Position numbers and translations under genes: made by a program | Notes under the pieces: model-generated | Database searches by the model: none | Told to the model about the DNA's origin: nothing | Seen by the model: only the letters and a program-made list of their open reading frames with translations | Source of the DNA: a virus | Virus record (IMG/VR): IMGVR_UViG_3300045988_169289 | Direction: 5' to 3' (one strand) | Length of the DNA: 45,195 nt | Part shown: positions 15,692 to 24,630 of the stretch, in pieces | Layout: every line of letters starts with the position of its first letter | Position numbering within the stretch: the first letter of the stretch is position 1

Positions 15692-18316
15692 CTACGTAGA
15701 GACGTTGAGCACCAAGCCTTGCACCGTGAGCGGCAACGGGTCGGCCTGCCGGATGCAGACAGAACCTTCGGTTTGCCATGTCGGCGCAAGGCGCAGCTCG
15801 ATTTCCTCTGTTTTGAGTTCCGGAGGTGTCCCCGGTGTTTCTGTCGTGCGCTGCTTGTATTCCGTGAGATTATCGAAGTCCGCCCCCACGAACACGCCCG
15901 ACGAGCGGCAGACCTGCAGGAAGGCTTGAATGATGTTCTTTTTGATTCCTCCTCCAAGCGCCGCCTTGTTCTGCATTGTGAGCGGCAACGTCTTAGCATC
16001 AGCCTCGAAAGGCAATCCGACTATCACTTTGGACGCAGGCGAATCAAGGTCAACCGCTCCATTCGTTACAACTTGTTGAGGCATGACGGCACCATCAGCA
16101 AGGATAGAAACCGTCTTGCCTTCGAGCCAATTCAAACCGGTAACGTGCGTTGTCGGCTCCCCGGAATACACGCCGCCCGAGTCCACAAAGAACGCATCCT
16201 GGATGTTTTCAACGTTCATTGAAGTCATCCGCTCAATGTAGCGTTTCGTCTGCCCGTTGATTTCACGACGAACGACAACGTAAAGATGGTCCTCTTCGCC
16301 CTCTTCCACGGCCGCCACGGACTCAAACACACCGTCGGTAATGTGCTGATGCCAGGCCAAAACTTCCTGTTCTGGAATGTATGTCAGCCCCAAAAGCGAG
16401 CCATCGGAACTGATATACCAAAGAAGCGGTATAGGCGCCAAAGCCAATGCCGAGTCCAAAACATTTTTGAAGTCGAAAAGATGCGAAGCCCGGAGGCACA
16501 GATCCGACGACACAAAGCCGCCCGCCGAATATTCATAAGCAAAGTCTCGGACGTGCCCGCCACGAGCCGCACAATAGACAACGGCATTGCCGACGACCTG
16601 CGGCATCACCCGGCTAGATCCTGTATTACTCTGAGGCTTTGCGGCAATGGACGACGGAGAAATCACACTGCCGTCCTGCGGACTGATGCGGAAAGCCATG
16701 CTGGACGTGAGGAGAATCAGGCTTGTCAGCGAAACGACGTGCTGTACTGCGCTGAATTCTCGACTTGCCATTTGAAAACTCACGCGGTCATCATCGCGAT
16801 ATGGGAGGGAATAACTGAAGTCCGACTCACTGCCCGTACGCGTCATCAGCACACGTTGCGGATCCGAATGCAATCCGGCAAAGATACGCCGCTGCTCGAA
16901 GTACCCGACGGCCCGAGGATAGTCACCAGCGCCACCTGCCGTCGCCGTACCCGTAGCACCGGAGCCCGTACCACCGCGAAATGTCAGTTTCGGTGCCGTG
17001 TACTCGGAACCCGCCGCCCTGATCTGTACGGAAACAACCTTCCCGTTTTCAACCACAGCCCGCAGTTGAGCGCCGGAACCAGTACTGTCGGACACCTCCA
17101 CTGTTGGAACGCCGGAATAGGTGGACAGAGAATACGTCTCTGTTTTTGTCTTCGAACCGCCGAAAATACCCCGCGTCTGCCCGGAAACCACCACCTTCGG
17201 TGAAGTGTAGTTATTCCCTTCGGAAACAATGCGGATGCCTTTCAGCGTCGTATAGTAGTTGGTGTAACTGCCGCCGCTTGAAGACGTTCCGGACGATGAA
17301 TGTCGCTCAAGCACCAACTCAACTTTGCCGCCGTAGCCAGTATTGGCCGAATCGCTGAGCGTCACTGAAAGCGAAGGGTAGCCAGAACGTGAAATCCACA
17401 TCGTGCTAATGTTTTCCACCGGCAAAAGTCCATTGACGCAGTTGGTGTAACCGCTTCCGCCGTTTGTTACCGTCACTGACTTAATGCCGCGAGACGTAGA
17501 GAACACATCATCAAAGCGACGAATCGTTATATCCGTCTTCGGCGTAATGTTGTCGTCGATGATTTCCGGCGTTTCACTATCGCCAATGTAGCCGTAAAGT
17601 CCGCCCTTGTTTTTATAGAAGCGATAGAAGGCTGCGCCCTTCATCACGTCGCAGGTAATCTTGACCGTAGTCCCGTAAGCGTAGAGGTTTGCCACGACAC
17701 TCACCGCTTCACTCGCTTCGCTTTCCTCTGTTTTGTCGGCATTGAGGCAAGATACCCGATACTTCTGAGTGTACTTGTCGGCGTTCGAATCTTCAGCCGC
17801 AGCCGTTGCACGTACCGCCGCTACCCCCGTCGGCGTCGGGAGTTTCGTATTGGTCTCGACTGTTACGATTCGCCAGTCCCGTGCGCCATAGCGACGAATT
17901 TCAGTCGGCGGATAGTTTTCGTGCGCCACCGTCACAATATCGCCGGACTGCACGTAATCCAAGGCGAACAAGTCGGCAGAGTCCCAAGGTGTTGTGACCT
18001 GATACTCCGTCCCGTCGTCATTCACCAGCGTCGCACCGTAGCTATGGAACCGGGCGTACTTGTGTCCGAGCTCAATAATCATCGTCTGCCCGGCACTGTA
18101 CGTGAACGGGATCAGCCGCACTGGGCGCGAGTCGTTACCCACTTTGTTCACGAATTCGAACCCCGGGCGGTTGCGGATAGGTCCCTGCGGCAGGCAGATG
18201 AAGTTTTGGCACTTCAAAAGCCCGGCCTGATACTTCACGTCGTCGCGGCGGCCATACATATCCGGCGAGATTTCGCCCCCGGCAAAGCTAAGCTGAATTA
18301 CTTTATCAACGGCCAT
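15692..18316 (-). CDS. Tail tubular protein B-like (nozzle) protein
   Basis: ORF 15692..18352. SD GGGAGG precedes the ATG at 18316. The N-terminus MAVDKVIQLSFAGGEISPDMYGRRDDVKYQAGLLKCQNFICLPQGPIRNRPGFEF is typical of podovirus tubular B/stabilisation proteins. It follows the tubular A-like gene. Confidence 0.55.
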   Translation of the reverse strand: MAVDKVIQLSFAGGEISPDMYGRRDDVKYQAGLLKCQNFICLPQGPIRNRPGFEFVNKVGNDSRPVRLIPFTYSAGQTMIIELGHKYARFHSYGATLVNDDGTEYQVTTPWDSADLFALDYVQSGDIVTVAHENYPPTEIRRYGARDWRIVTVETNTKLPTPTGVAAVRATAAAEDSNADKYTQKYRVSCLNADKTEESEASEAVSVVANLYAYGTTVKITCDVMKGAAFYRFYKNKGGLYGYIGDSETPEIIDDNITPKTDITIRRFDDVFSTSRGIKSVTVTNGGSGYTNCVNGLLPVENISTMWISRSGYPSLSVTLSDSANTGYGGKVELVLERHSSSGTSSSGGSYTNYYTTLKGIRIVSEGNNYTSPKVVVSGQTRGIFGGSKTKTETYSLSTYSGVPTVEVSDSTGSGAQLRAVVENGKVVSVQIRAAGSEYTAPKLTFRGGTGSGATGTATAGGAGDYPRAVGYFEQRRIFAGLHSDPQRVLMTRTGSESDFSYSLPYRDDDRVSFQMASREFSAVQHVVSLTSLILLTSSMAFRISPQDGSVISPSSIAAKPQSNTGSSRVMPQVVGNAVVYCAARGGHVRDFAYEYSAGGFVSSDLCLRASHLFDFKNVLDSALALAPIPLLWYISSDGSLLGLTYIPEQEVLAWHQHITDGVFESVAAVEEGEEDHLYVVVRREINGQTKRYIERMTSMNVENIQDAFFVDSGGVYSGEPTTHVTGLNWLEGKTVSILADGAVMPQQVVTNGAVDLDSPASKVIVGLPFEADAKTLPLTMQNKAALGGGIKKNIIQAFLQVCRSSGVFVGADFDNLTEYKQRTTETPGTPPELKTEEIELRLAPTWQTEGSVCIRQADPLPLTVQGLVLNVST

Positions 18317-18935
18317 ACCAGCCTCCCATTTCCTCCGGAAGGCGCATATCACCCGTATAAGGCGTTCGTGCCATATCCACCGAAGTATCCTGCAAAGCGT
18401 CGCGCTTAATAGCGTCTTTCACCATCAGCGTGTAAATCTTCAGTTGTTCTTCTGCCATGGAAGCACCAGTCGCCCCGGTAATCGCTGCACCTGCGAGTTT
18501 GGCCGCCAGCAAATGCGCCAGAGCATCGGCAAAATCCGACGGGAACAACTCAGCCGGCACCAGCGCCGTCGTATACCGAGCCCAATCCGCCGGAACGTCC
18601 GTCAGAATCGCCATACCGTAATCCGACCGTTCCAGATGATAGGAATACAGGTCACGGCCCGACTTGTCGAATACACGCTGAATCTGCAGGCAATCTGACG
18701 GATATCCGTAGGCATAGGCCGCACCAATCGGAGTTTCTTTCAGCTGATTGAGTTTGGTGCGCTTTGTGGCAAATGTCCACGCCGTTTCAGTGAGAATACG
18801 GTTAAGCGCCAACGGGTAGAACCGGGCACAATGATCCGCCTGCGGAGAACCTTCGGGCGGATCAATGGAAGTCACCGTGCCCGTATCGCCGAGATACGAC
18901 AGCGCGATGTTACAAATATCGACAACGGTAGCCAT
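18306..18935 (-). CDS. Tail tubular protein A-like / head-tail adaptor
   Basis: 209 aa. The N-terminus MATVVDICNIALSYLGDTGTVTSID...CARFYPLALNRILTETAWTFA matches a pattern I associate with podovirus adaptor/tubular A proteins. Its position after the capsid genes fits. Confidence 0.5.
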   Translation of the reverse strand: MATVVDICNIALSYLGDTGTVTSIDPPEGSPQADHCARFYPLALNRILTETAWTFATKRTKLNQLKETPIGAAYAYGYPSDCLQIQRVFDKSGRDLYSYHLERSDYGMAILTDVPADWARYTTALVPAELFPSDFADALAHLLAAKLAGAAITGATGASMAEEQLKIYTLMVKDAIKRDALQDTSVDMARTPYTGDMRLPEEMGGWYGR

Positions 18936-18945
18936 AGGGCCTCCT

Positions 18946-18975
18946 ATGAAAACGGGGAGCCGTCAGACTCCCCGT
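18946..18975 (-). terminator. Intrinsic (probably partial) terminator after the capsid genes
   Basis: The minus strand reads ACGGGGAG-ucugacgg-CUCCCCGU followed by UUUCA. It lies between the 133-aa capsid-associated gene and the tubular A-like gene. Confidence 0.55.
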
Positions 18976-19027
18976 AAAACTGCGCACCGCCAGCCGTCAG
19001 ACCAGCGGAGAGATAAGGATCACCTCC

Positions 19028-19429
19028 TTAAGCAGCGTAGTTCGGATTCGCTTCATAATCCCCGATTCGCTTCCCGCGCGGGCTATCCGGACGGAGCGTC
19101 ACGCCGGCAGACACCTTGCCAGACATGGACGTGCCCGCAAACACCAACTTGGTGTACTGGGGTAAGCCCTGCGGAATCGGGATATTGATCCCACCACCGT
19201 CCGTGAGGTCAGTCAGCTTGTAGGAAAGGATTTCCGTGAACGTGGAGTTATCGGAACTGCCCTGAAGCGCAACGCTTGAGAGCCCCGTCACCGCACCGAC
19301 GTTGCGGACGTAGATATAGCCGACACCTTCGGAAATACCGGCCTTACCAATATCAAGAACCTTCGAATCCTTGCTTGCGCCGGAAAGCGTCAGTTCATTG
19401 GCATACATGGTCAAAAAATCAACATGCAT
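19028..19429 (-). CDS. Putative head decoration/cement protein (133 aa)
   Basis: ORF 19028..19573. SD GGGAGAAAG precedes the internal ATG at 19429, which removes the overlap with the capsid gene. It lies immediately downstream of the major capsid gene. Confidence 0.4.
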   Translation of the reverse strand: MHVDFLTMYANELTLSGASKDSKVLDIGKAGISEGVGYIYVRNVGAVTGLSSVALQGSSDNSTFTEILSYKLTDLTDGGGINIPIPQGLPQYTKLVFAGTSMSGKVSAGVTLRPDSPRGKRIGDYEANPNYAA

Positions 19430-19442
19430 CGTTCTTTCTCCC

Positions 19443-20441
19443 TTAGCTGATCTTGGCTTCGTCGATGCGGATAGCGTCGTCGGCTTCAATCGGAATCGTG
19501 AAGAAGTGCGTCGCCATCTGTTCGGCAGCTTCCACAATCTTGAGGCACTGCGTGGACTTTTCATAGGCGGCAATTTCCAAGGCCGTCTGAATTTCCGTGC
19601 GGCAAAGCATCACCTGATGACGGCGCAACTGAGCCGGAATACGGTTCTTCGCGCGGATCAGCGTCTTGATAAGAGAATCAGACTGCAGATCAACTTCGCC
19701 ATCCTTCATCGGTATGTTGCACACACGAACGCAGGCTCGCCAATCGTTAAGAGCCGCACCGGGTTGCCACTTGTAGTGGTCAACGTATGCTTCCATCTTG
19801 CCCTTGCCGTCGGGGGCGTCTACAGTCTGCTGACCCTTATCTGTATGCTGCAAACCATATTTCGAGCCCTTCGGGTAAAGTCCGAAGAATTCGTCAAAGT
19901 TAACAATATAGACAGAAGTGTAGCCATCAGCCGTACCGGTATAACCAGCATCAGCAGCAACAACATTGTGCGACGCCGGAACCTTTTTGTTCATCGTGGC
20001 ATAGCGCGTAGCCAAGCCAGTGAACTTGCGAATATCCTTGTCATTGTCGCCGTAATAAAGAGCGGCAGCGACGGCATCGCTCATGCCCTGAATAAAGGCC
20101 TTTTCTTCCGAGAGGCGGAACTGAGCCGTGTTGCCGTTGATATTGGCAAGGTCAATATCAACGTTAGCGTAGTTTTCAACGTTAGAGGTCACGTCCACCA
20201 CAGAGGCAGTCGAAGACTTCGTCGGCTGGACGCCTTCGTACATCCCGCGCCACGTCGGTTCAGGGATGCCAGTTCGGATTGAATGCTTGAAGCCCGTGGT
20301 CATGTTGCATTCGCGCCACGGAATATGTCGCAGGATAGCGTTATTCTGCGACAAGACTTCTGCAATCGGAGCAATCTCGCCGTTCTCATCCGTGCGGGAT
20401 GCGACATCAGCAAGGGTAGGATACTGAGCAATAGCAGCCAT
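19443..20441 (-). CDS. Major capsid protein
   Basis: 332 aa, directly after the scaffold gene. The N-terminus ...VLSQNNAILRHIPWRECNMTTGFKHSIRTGIPEPTWRGMYEGVQPTKS is typical of a podovirus HK97-fold capsid family. Confidence 0.75.
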   Translation of the reverse strand: MAAIAQYPTLADVASRTDENGEIAPIAEVLSQNNAILRHIPWRECNMTTGFKHSIRTGIPEPTWRGMYEGVQPTKSSTASVVDVTSNVENYANVDIDLANINGNTAQFRLSEEKAFIQGMSDAVAAALYYGDNDKDIRKFTGLATRYATMNKKVPASHNVVAADAGYTGTADGYTSVYIVNFDEFFGLYPKGSKYGLQHTDKGQQTVDAPDGKGKMEAYVDHYKWQPGAALNDWRACVRVCNIPMKDGEVDLQSDSLIKTLIRAKNRIPAQLRRHQVMLCRTEIQTALEIAAYEKSTQCLKIVEAAEQMATHFFTIPIEADDAIRIDEAKIS

Positions 20442-20450
20442 GCTTTCCTC

Positions 20451-21137
20451 TTAGTTCATCTTGGAATTGTTGAAAAACCGGGCCAACGGGTCTCCCTGTC
20501 CGCCCTCACCGTTGCCGCGCGGTGAAACGTCGTCGGAGATCGACTGAGCGATCTGATAGAACATCTTGATAATCCCCGGATGCGTATCGAGCCCCGTCTG
20601 TACGAGGAGCTCCCGCGCCTCCGGCGGGCAATACTTCTGAAATGCCTTCGCCGCAATGCCGAGGTTTTGTTTGGCCTTCGCGCCGCCGAGTTCCTTGTCC
20701 GCAGCGAACGCCTTGAGGTTTTCACTCTTGAAGGACGCCAGCGCCTGTTCCTGCGCCTGCTGCAGCACCGGACTCATCTTGTTGATGATCGTGGCAAAGG
20801 ACTTCTGCGAGAGGCCCATTTCGTGGCAGACACCCGCCAACGTTTCGCAAACATCGTCGTTCAATTCCGCGCCTTCGGGAACTTCGATGCCTTCGTTGGT
20901 GTAGGAATCTTCGGGCGCACCGAGCCATTCATTGGGCTTATCGCCCTTGTCCGTCCCGTCGTCACCCGCCGCAGATTCTCCACCATCATTGGCCGCGTCC
21001 GCCCCCCGGGTCGCCGGAGGTACTGCATCGGCGGCAGCGGGCGTACCTCCGGCGACACCGGGATCAGTCGTACCGGTATCAGGAGGCGTAGCGCCAGCGT
21101 CCGCACCGGTATCCGTAACAGTTGCCGCATCTGTCAT
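20451..21137 (-). CDS. Scaffolding protein
   Basis: 228 aa with an acidic, low-complexity N-terminal half and a helical C-terminal half. It lies between the portal and capsid genes. Confidence 0.6.
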   Translation of the reverse strand: MTDAATVTDTGADAGATPPDTGTTDPGVAGGTPAAADAVPPATRGADAANDGGESAAGDDGTDKGDKPNEWLGAPEDSYTNEGIEVPEGAELNDDVCETLAGVCHEMGLSQKSFATIINKMSPVLQQAQEQALASFKSENLKAFAADKELGGAKAKQNLGIAAKAFQKYCPPEARELLVQTGLDTHPGIIKMFYQIAQSISDDVSPRGNGEGGQGDPLARFFNNSKMN

Positions 21138-21454
21138 TTGTTTTCCTCTCGCATTGAATTGATCTGCTCTTCAAGCCCGGCCGAGCGAAGTCGCCGGAGA
21201 ATGTCAAGCCCTACATCGCGCCGAGCACTGAGGAGCATCATTCGCATCGGATCAGTACTCGTCACCGAGTCCGTCTGCCCCGTAAGGGAGAGAACCCAGT
21301 GCATTGCCCGACGGCCGAACTCGGTTTCCATCAGGCTTTTCAGCGCGTTGTCGAGTTTCTTTTCTTCCTGCTTTCGCAGCCGTTCTTCTTCTGCGCGGGC
21401 TTCTTCCTCTTCGAAAATGCCCTGCATCCGAGTGTCTGCCATTGTTTCCGTCAT
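21134..21454 (-). CDS. Small conserved head-module protein (Bbp19-like position)
   Basis: 106 aa between portal and scaffold. It overlaps the scaffold start as ATGA. It has a Glu-rich N-terminus followed by RRAMHWVLSLTG...ARRDVGLDILRRL. Confidence 0.4.
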   Translation of the reverse strand: MTETMADTRMQGIFEEEEARAEEERLRKQEEKKLDNALKSLMETEFGRRAMHWVLSLTGQTDSVTSTDPMRMMLLSARRDVGLDILRRLRSAGLEEQINSMREENK

Positions 21455-21463
21455 CCCATCACC

Positions 21464-21474
21464 TTTATGGACGG
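21464..21474 (-). promoter_or_regulatory. Conserved motif CCGTCCATAAA, copy 3
   Basis: The plus strand reads tttatggacgg. The motif starts 2 nt after the portal TAA stop and ends 9 nt before the ATG at 21454. Its CCGUC can pair with GACGG, which overlaps the last base of that start codon (AUGACGG). Confidence 0.5.
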
Positions 21475-21476
21475 CC

Positions 21477-23144
21477 TTACATCACGCCCTGAGAGGGTTG
21501 CTCTTGTTCGGGACTCATCGCTATATCCGCGCCGCCGACACTGCCTGCCGCCTGCCCCAAATCCTTGATAGTGGAAGCCGCTTGCGCCGCCTGCATCTGC
21601 TGCTGTTGCTGCGCCTGCTCTTCGGCGCGCTGCTTGCGAATGATTGCCACCCGAGAGCCCGCAACAATCATGGACGGCGGAACGCCGTTCATATCCGCCA
21701 AGAGATCAATCGTTTCATCGGCATCCAATTTGTCAAGCGCTTCCGGCCGCATCTGCGCCAGAACGCCAATCTGCTGCACCGTGCGCATAACGCCGTCCAC
21801 CGCAGAACTTTTCTGCATCTGCGCCAGTACCGAGATATATTCAACATTAAGTTCCTTCCCCTGCATTTCCTGCGGAGGCTCAGGCACCAAGTCAGCTTCT
21901 ACGAGATAGCCGAACGCCGTGGACACCAACGGATCAAGCATTTCCGTGTGGAGACGCTCAAGTACCGGCCCGAGCATCATCACCTTTTCCTGTTCCAACG
22001 CCTGGATTTCGGTAGCCGTACGGTCAGTACCTTGATTCGCCGCGATCATCTGGAAGATGTTCACATTGAAGTAGCGCTGTATCTGCGCCCGTGCGTCTGC
22101 GATCTGCGCCTGCAGCATTTCAGGCGATGCCTGCACTGCCCAAGCCGAGCGAATCACGTCATTGTCCGCAGGGTCAACCGGGATGCGACCGCCGGGACGG
22201 AATAGCTGCATTGCGCCCTTGTACTTTGTCGGGTATTGAATCGGTGGATTCGAGAGATAATCCGTGAGGATGCCCATCTGCTTTTGCAGGCGCTGCAGAC
22301 TTTTAGCCGCCGACAAGGCTTTCGCACCGGGGCCACGCCCGTAAACAGAGCCAGCCGTCGTGAGCCATCGGGGACACAGCGCCGGAAATTGGTCATAGCC
22401 GGACTCACCCAGCACCTTGCCGTCACTGCGGCCTTGTTCCCAATACACAGACCGCCACGGCTTATTGTGGTTGTCGTGCTTCATCACGTTACGGTCAAGA
22501 CGCGGCTCAATGGCGTGCATCACGTCAAAGCGACGGTACGGGTTATCGCGTAAGGAACTTCTGACATCGTTGCTGACGGCATCGATACCGAACTTCTGCA
22601 CCATCTGCTTCGCCGTCATGCTGATATGACGATAAACCGTGTCGATACGGTCGAACGGATCAGCCGCGAGCCAGTATTCCCCAACCGTAAGATTCATCAT
22701 ATCGATGACACGGTCAGGGTGACGCTGCACAATGGAACACGCCGTCCCGAACGCCGGAAGCTCAAGATAGGAGCGATGCAGCGAGTTGTAGACCTCAGAT
22801 TTTGCGAAATACATCAAAATCAAGTCCTGCAGGTCAGACAGCCACTGTTTCACGTCCGGCGATTCGTCTAAGTCCGGATCCATTGTGGTGAGACGCAGCC
22901 ACGGCCGCGACGGCGAACTGACGCCGGCCAAGAGCCCAGCCGCCAAAATGTCGGCACTGTCGGCGGCTTCGGCGTCGTAGAGACGCGTGTAACGCTTTCC
23001 GCCCTCGTACCCTTTCTCACCAGGGAACGCCCCTAAGTCCGGCACCTCATAGTCGCGTATGTCGTGCCAAAGGTTTTCCCACGTCTCACGTTCCGCTTTC
23101 AGCCCGGCCAAGCGCTGCTGAAGCTGCTTGACATCAACTGCCAT
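21477..23144 (-). CDS. Portal (head-to-tail connector) protein, podovirus type
   Basis: 555 aa. The N-terminus ...ERETWENLWHDIRDYEVP...RLYDAEAADSADILAAGLLAGVSSPSRPWLRL resembles T7 gp8-type connectors. Its position upstream of scaffold and capsid fits. Confidence 0.8.
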   Translation of the reverse strand: MAVDVKQLQQRLAGLKAERETWENLWHDIRDYEVPDLGAFPGEKGYEGGKRYTRLYDAEAADSADILAAGLLAGVSSPSRPWLRLTTMDPDLDESPDVKQWLSDLQDLILMYFAKSEVYNSLHRSYLELPAFGTACSIVQRHPDRVIDMMNLTVGEYWLAADPFDRIDTVYRHISMTAKQMVQKFGIDAVSNDVRSSLRDNPYRRFDVMHAIEPRLDRNVMKHDNHNKPWRSVYWEQGRSDGKVLGESGYDQFPALCPRWLTTAGSVYGRGPGAKALSAAKSLQRLQKQMGILTDYLSNPPIQYPTKYKGAMQLFRPGGRIPVDPADNDVIRSAWAVQASPEMLQAQIADARAQIQRYFNVNIFQMIAANQGTDRTATEIQALEQEKVMMLGPVLERLHTEMLDPLVSTAFGYLVEADLVPEPPQEMQGKELNVEYISVLAQMQKSSAVDGVMRTVQQIGVLAQMRPEALDKLDADETIDLLADMNGVPPSMIVAGSRVAIIRKQRAEEQAQQQQQMQAAQAASTIKDLGQAAGSVGGADIAMSPEQEQPSQGVM

Positions 23145-23439
23145 TCGCGCCTCCGAGCGTACTCGTTTGGTTAAACAGCTTCGTCTTTTTCAGCTTGCCA
23201 CCCGTGAGGTCAGTAGCCGCCCGCTTGCTGGACGTGTTCGAATCCAACAAGGAATCAATATCGGGTTCTTTGCCGTTGGCCTTCTCGCGCTCCTGCGCCT
23301 CATTTTCATAAGCCTGCTTTGTTGCCTGATACTGCTTTTCGGCCAAAGCTTTCTCACGATCCTGTTGGCGCTTTTGGGTATAAATGTTGAGGCCGCCGGT
23401 GACAGCACCGACGATTGCCCCAGCGATTGTCTGCGCCAT
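23134..23439 (-). CDS. Small charged protein 3 of 3 upstream of portal (ends ...KLKKTKLFNQTSTLGGANGS)
   Basis: 101 aa with an N-terminal Gly/Ala hydrophobic segment, a coiled charged middle and a basic C-terminus carrying an LGG motif. Confidence 0.5.
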   Translation of the reverse strand: MAQTIAGAIVGAVTGGLNIYTQKRQQDREKALAEKQYQATKQAYENEAQEREKANGKEPDIDSLLDSNTSSKRAATDLTGGKLKKTKLFNQTSTLGGANGS

Positions 23440-23441
23440 AG

Positions 23442-23759
23442 CTACGCCCCCAAAAGCTTTTTCTTCTGCAGCTTGAGATCATCCGTACTGATGCCGCCAA
23501 GCCCCGTCAACGAATCGCCCGGACCGGAGTCAGCGCCGAAGTCACCAAGCCCTGAAAGCTGAGAGGAATCAGCGTCGTTCCCGTTGGACTTGCGTTGTTG
23601 CTGATCCAACAAAGATTGCTGCTTCTTTTTCTGCGCTGCTAATTCGGCCTCCTGCCGACGTGCTTCTTCCTTGGCCTTGTCGCGGGCATCTTTGCCCGTT
23701 ACTTTGTTGAAAGCCTTCTTTACGGCCTTTACCGGATTTAATTTAGAGAAAAATCCCAT
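23442..23759 (-). CDS. Small charged protein 2 of 3 (ends ...LKLQKKKLLGA)
   Basis: 105 aa with a Lys/Glu-rich coiled region, a Gly/Asp/Ser-rich segment and a basic LLGA C-terminus. Confidence 0.5.
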   Translation of the reverse strand: MGFFSKLNPVKAVKKAFNKVTGKDARDKAKEEARRQEAELAAQKKKQQSLLDQQQRKSNGNDADSSQLSGLGDFGADSGPGDSLTGLGGISTDDLKLQKKKLLGA

Positions 23760-23762
23760 TTG

Positions 23763-24008
23763 TTAGCCCCCCCCCAACGTGTTGCGCTTGCGGAATAACT
23801 TTCCGCCTTCACCGTCCGCAGCACCAGACGTACCAGCGTCCATTGCCGCGTCTTCACCACCTGTTGAAGGCTTACTTGCGTTCGCGTCGTCTGCCCCTGT
23901 GGATTCAGCACTAGCAGGCTTGCCAGGAGTGCCGTTGTTACGCCTACGGGACGTAATGCGAGAAACAATATTGGCAAGGTCCATTTTCAAAGCAAGGCCA
24001 TGGCTCAT
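23763..24008 (-). CDS. Small charged protein 1 of 3 (ends ...KLFRKRNTLGGG)
   Basis: 81 aa. SD GGAGGTGA lies upstream. It has a low-complexity Gly/Ala/Asp middle and a basic LGGG C-terminus. Confidence 0.45.
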   Translation of the reverse strand: MSHGLALKMDLANIVSRITSRRRNNGTPGKPASAESTGADDANASKPSTGGEDAAMDAGTSGAADGEGGKLFRKRNTLGGG

Positions 24009-24078
24009 TTCTTGTCACCTCCAAGCCGATGCTTTCGCAAATGCCGACGTTCCAACTCTTCTGCTGAAGGTTCAGCCA

Positions 24079-24543
24079 TCACAGACTCCTTATAAATGTC
24101 ACCTGACAGCCTGAATGCGGCCGTTTCTGCAAAGCCGCGGCGAGTGGTGCTTGCTCGTCGCAGACCCACTGAAACGACGTACACCCCCGCTTTTTTGCCT
24201 CACGCTCACACATCACAAAAAGCCGTCCGGGCACCGTCGTCCCTCGGTATTCGGGCAATACGAAAATCGTGTCGTTGCAGGCCGTGAGTTCTCCAGAATG
24301 CTGATGAGGCGCGACAAAGATCGACGCAGCCCCCACCGCTTTTTCTCCGTCGTAGGCGACAAAGGCAAACGCCAGCGAGTTTTCGGAGAGTGCGCGGTAG
24401 AAGTCTTCCGTCGGATCAAAGATCGGGCCGTTACCTGATTCGCGGAAATTCGTTTCCAGCAAATCTCGGTGCTTCCGCAGCAGGTCATAACAGGACATGA
24501 GTACGTATCGCATACCCGCAGTTTCAGCGGGGCGACGGTACAT
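24079..24543 (-). CDS. GNAT-family N-acetyltransferase-like protein
   Basis: 154 aa. ...AFVAYDGEKAVGAASIFV...IFVLPEYRGTTVPGRLFVMCEREAKKRGC resembles the GNAT acetyl-CoA-binding core. The alternative start M11 (ATG at 24513) lies 1 nt after a CCCGC-N7-GCGGG hairpin (24515..24531). Confidence 0.55.
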   Translation of the reverse strand: MYRRPAETAGMRYVLMSCYDLLRKHRDLLETNFRESGNGPIFDPTEDFYRALSENSLAFAFVAYDGEKAVGAASIFVAPHQHSGELTACNDTIFVLPEYRGTTVPGRLFVMCEREAKKRGCTSFQWVCDEQAPLAAALQKRPHSGCQVTFIRSL

Positions 24544-24575
24544 TTATGGACGACAATCGCTCAATCGTCCATAAA
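24543..24575. promoter_or_regulatory. Divergent pair of the conserved motif (copies 2 and 2b) forming a 33-bp palindrome
   Basis: tttatggacga (24543..24553), 11 nt, then tcgtccataaa (24565..24575). One copy faces the GNAT gene on the minus strand and the other faces the Com-like gene on the plus strand. Confidence 0.6.
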
Positions 24576-24630
24576 CTTCAAAGCCCTGCAAATACGATGC
24601 GTTCATGAAATTTCATGGGAGGGTACTGCA

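Noticed and set aside
20580-22205. Long antisense ORFs inside confirmed genes. Examples are 20580..22205, 9518..10525 and 16286..17203 (plus), and 24790..25563, 39080..39691, 39700..40413 and 40239..40880 (minus)
   Set aside because: Their products are Arg/Pro/Ser/His-rich and low-complexity. They lack SD-led starts and lie opposite genes with clear family motifs (portal, scaffold, Erf, exonuclease). These are typical shadow ORFs of GC-rich coding DNA.
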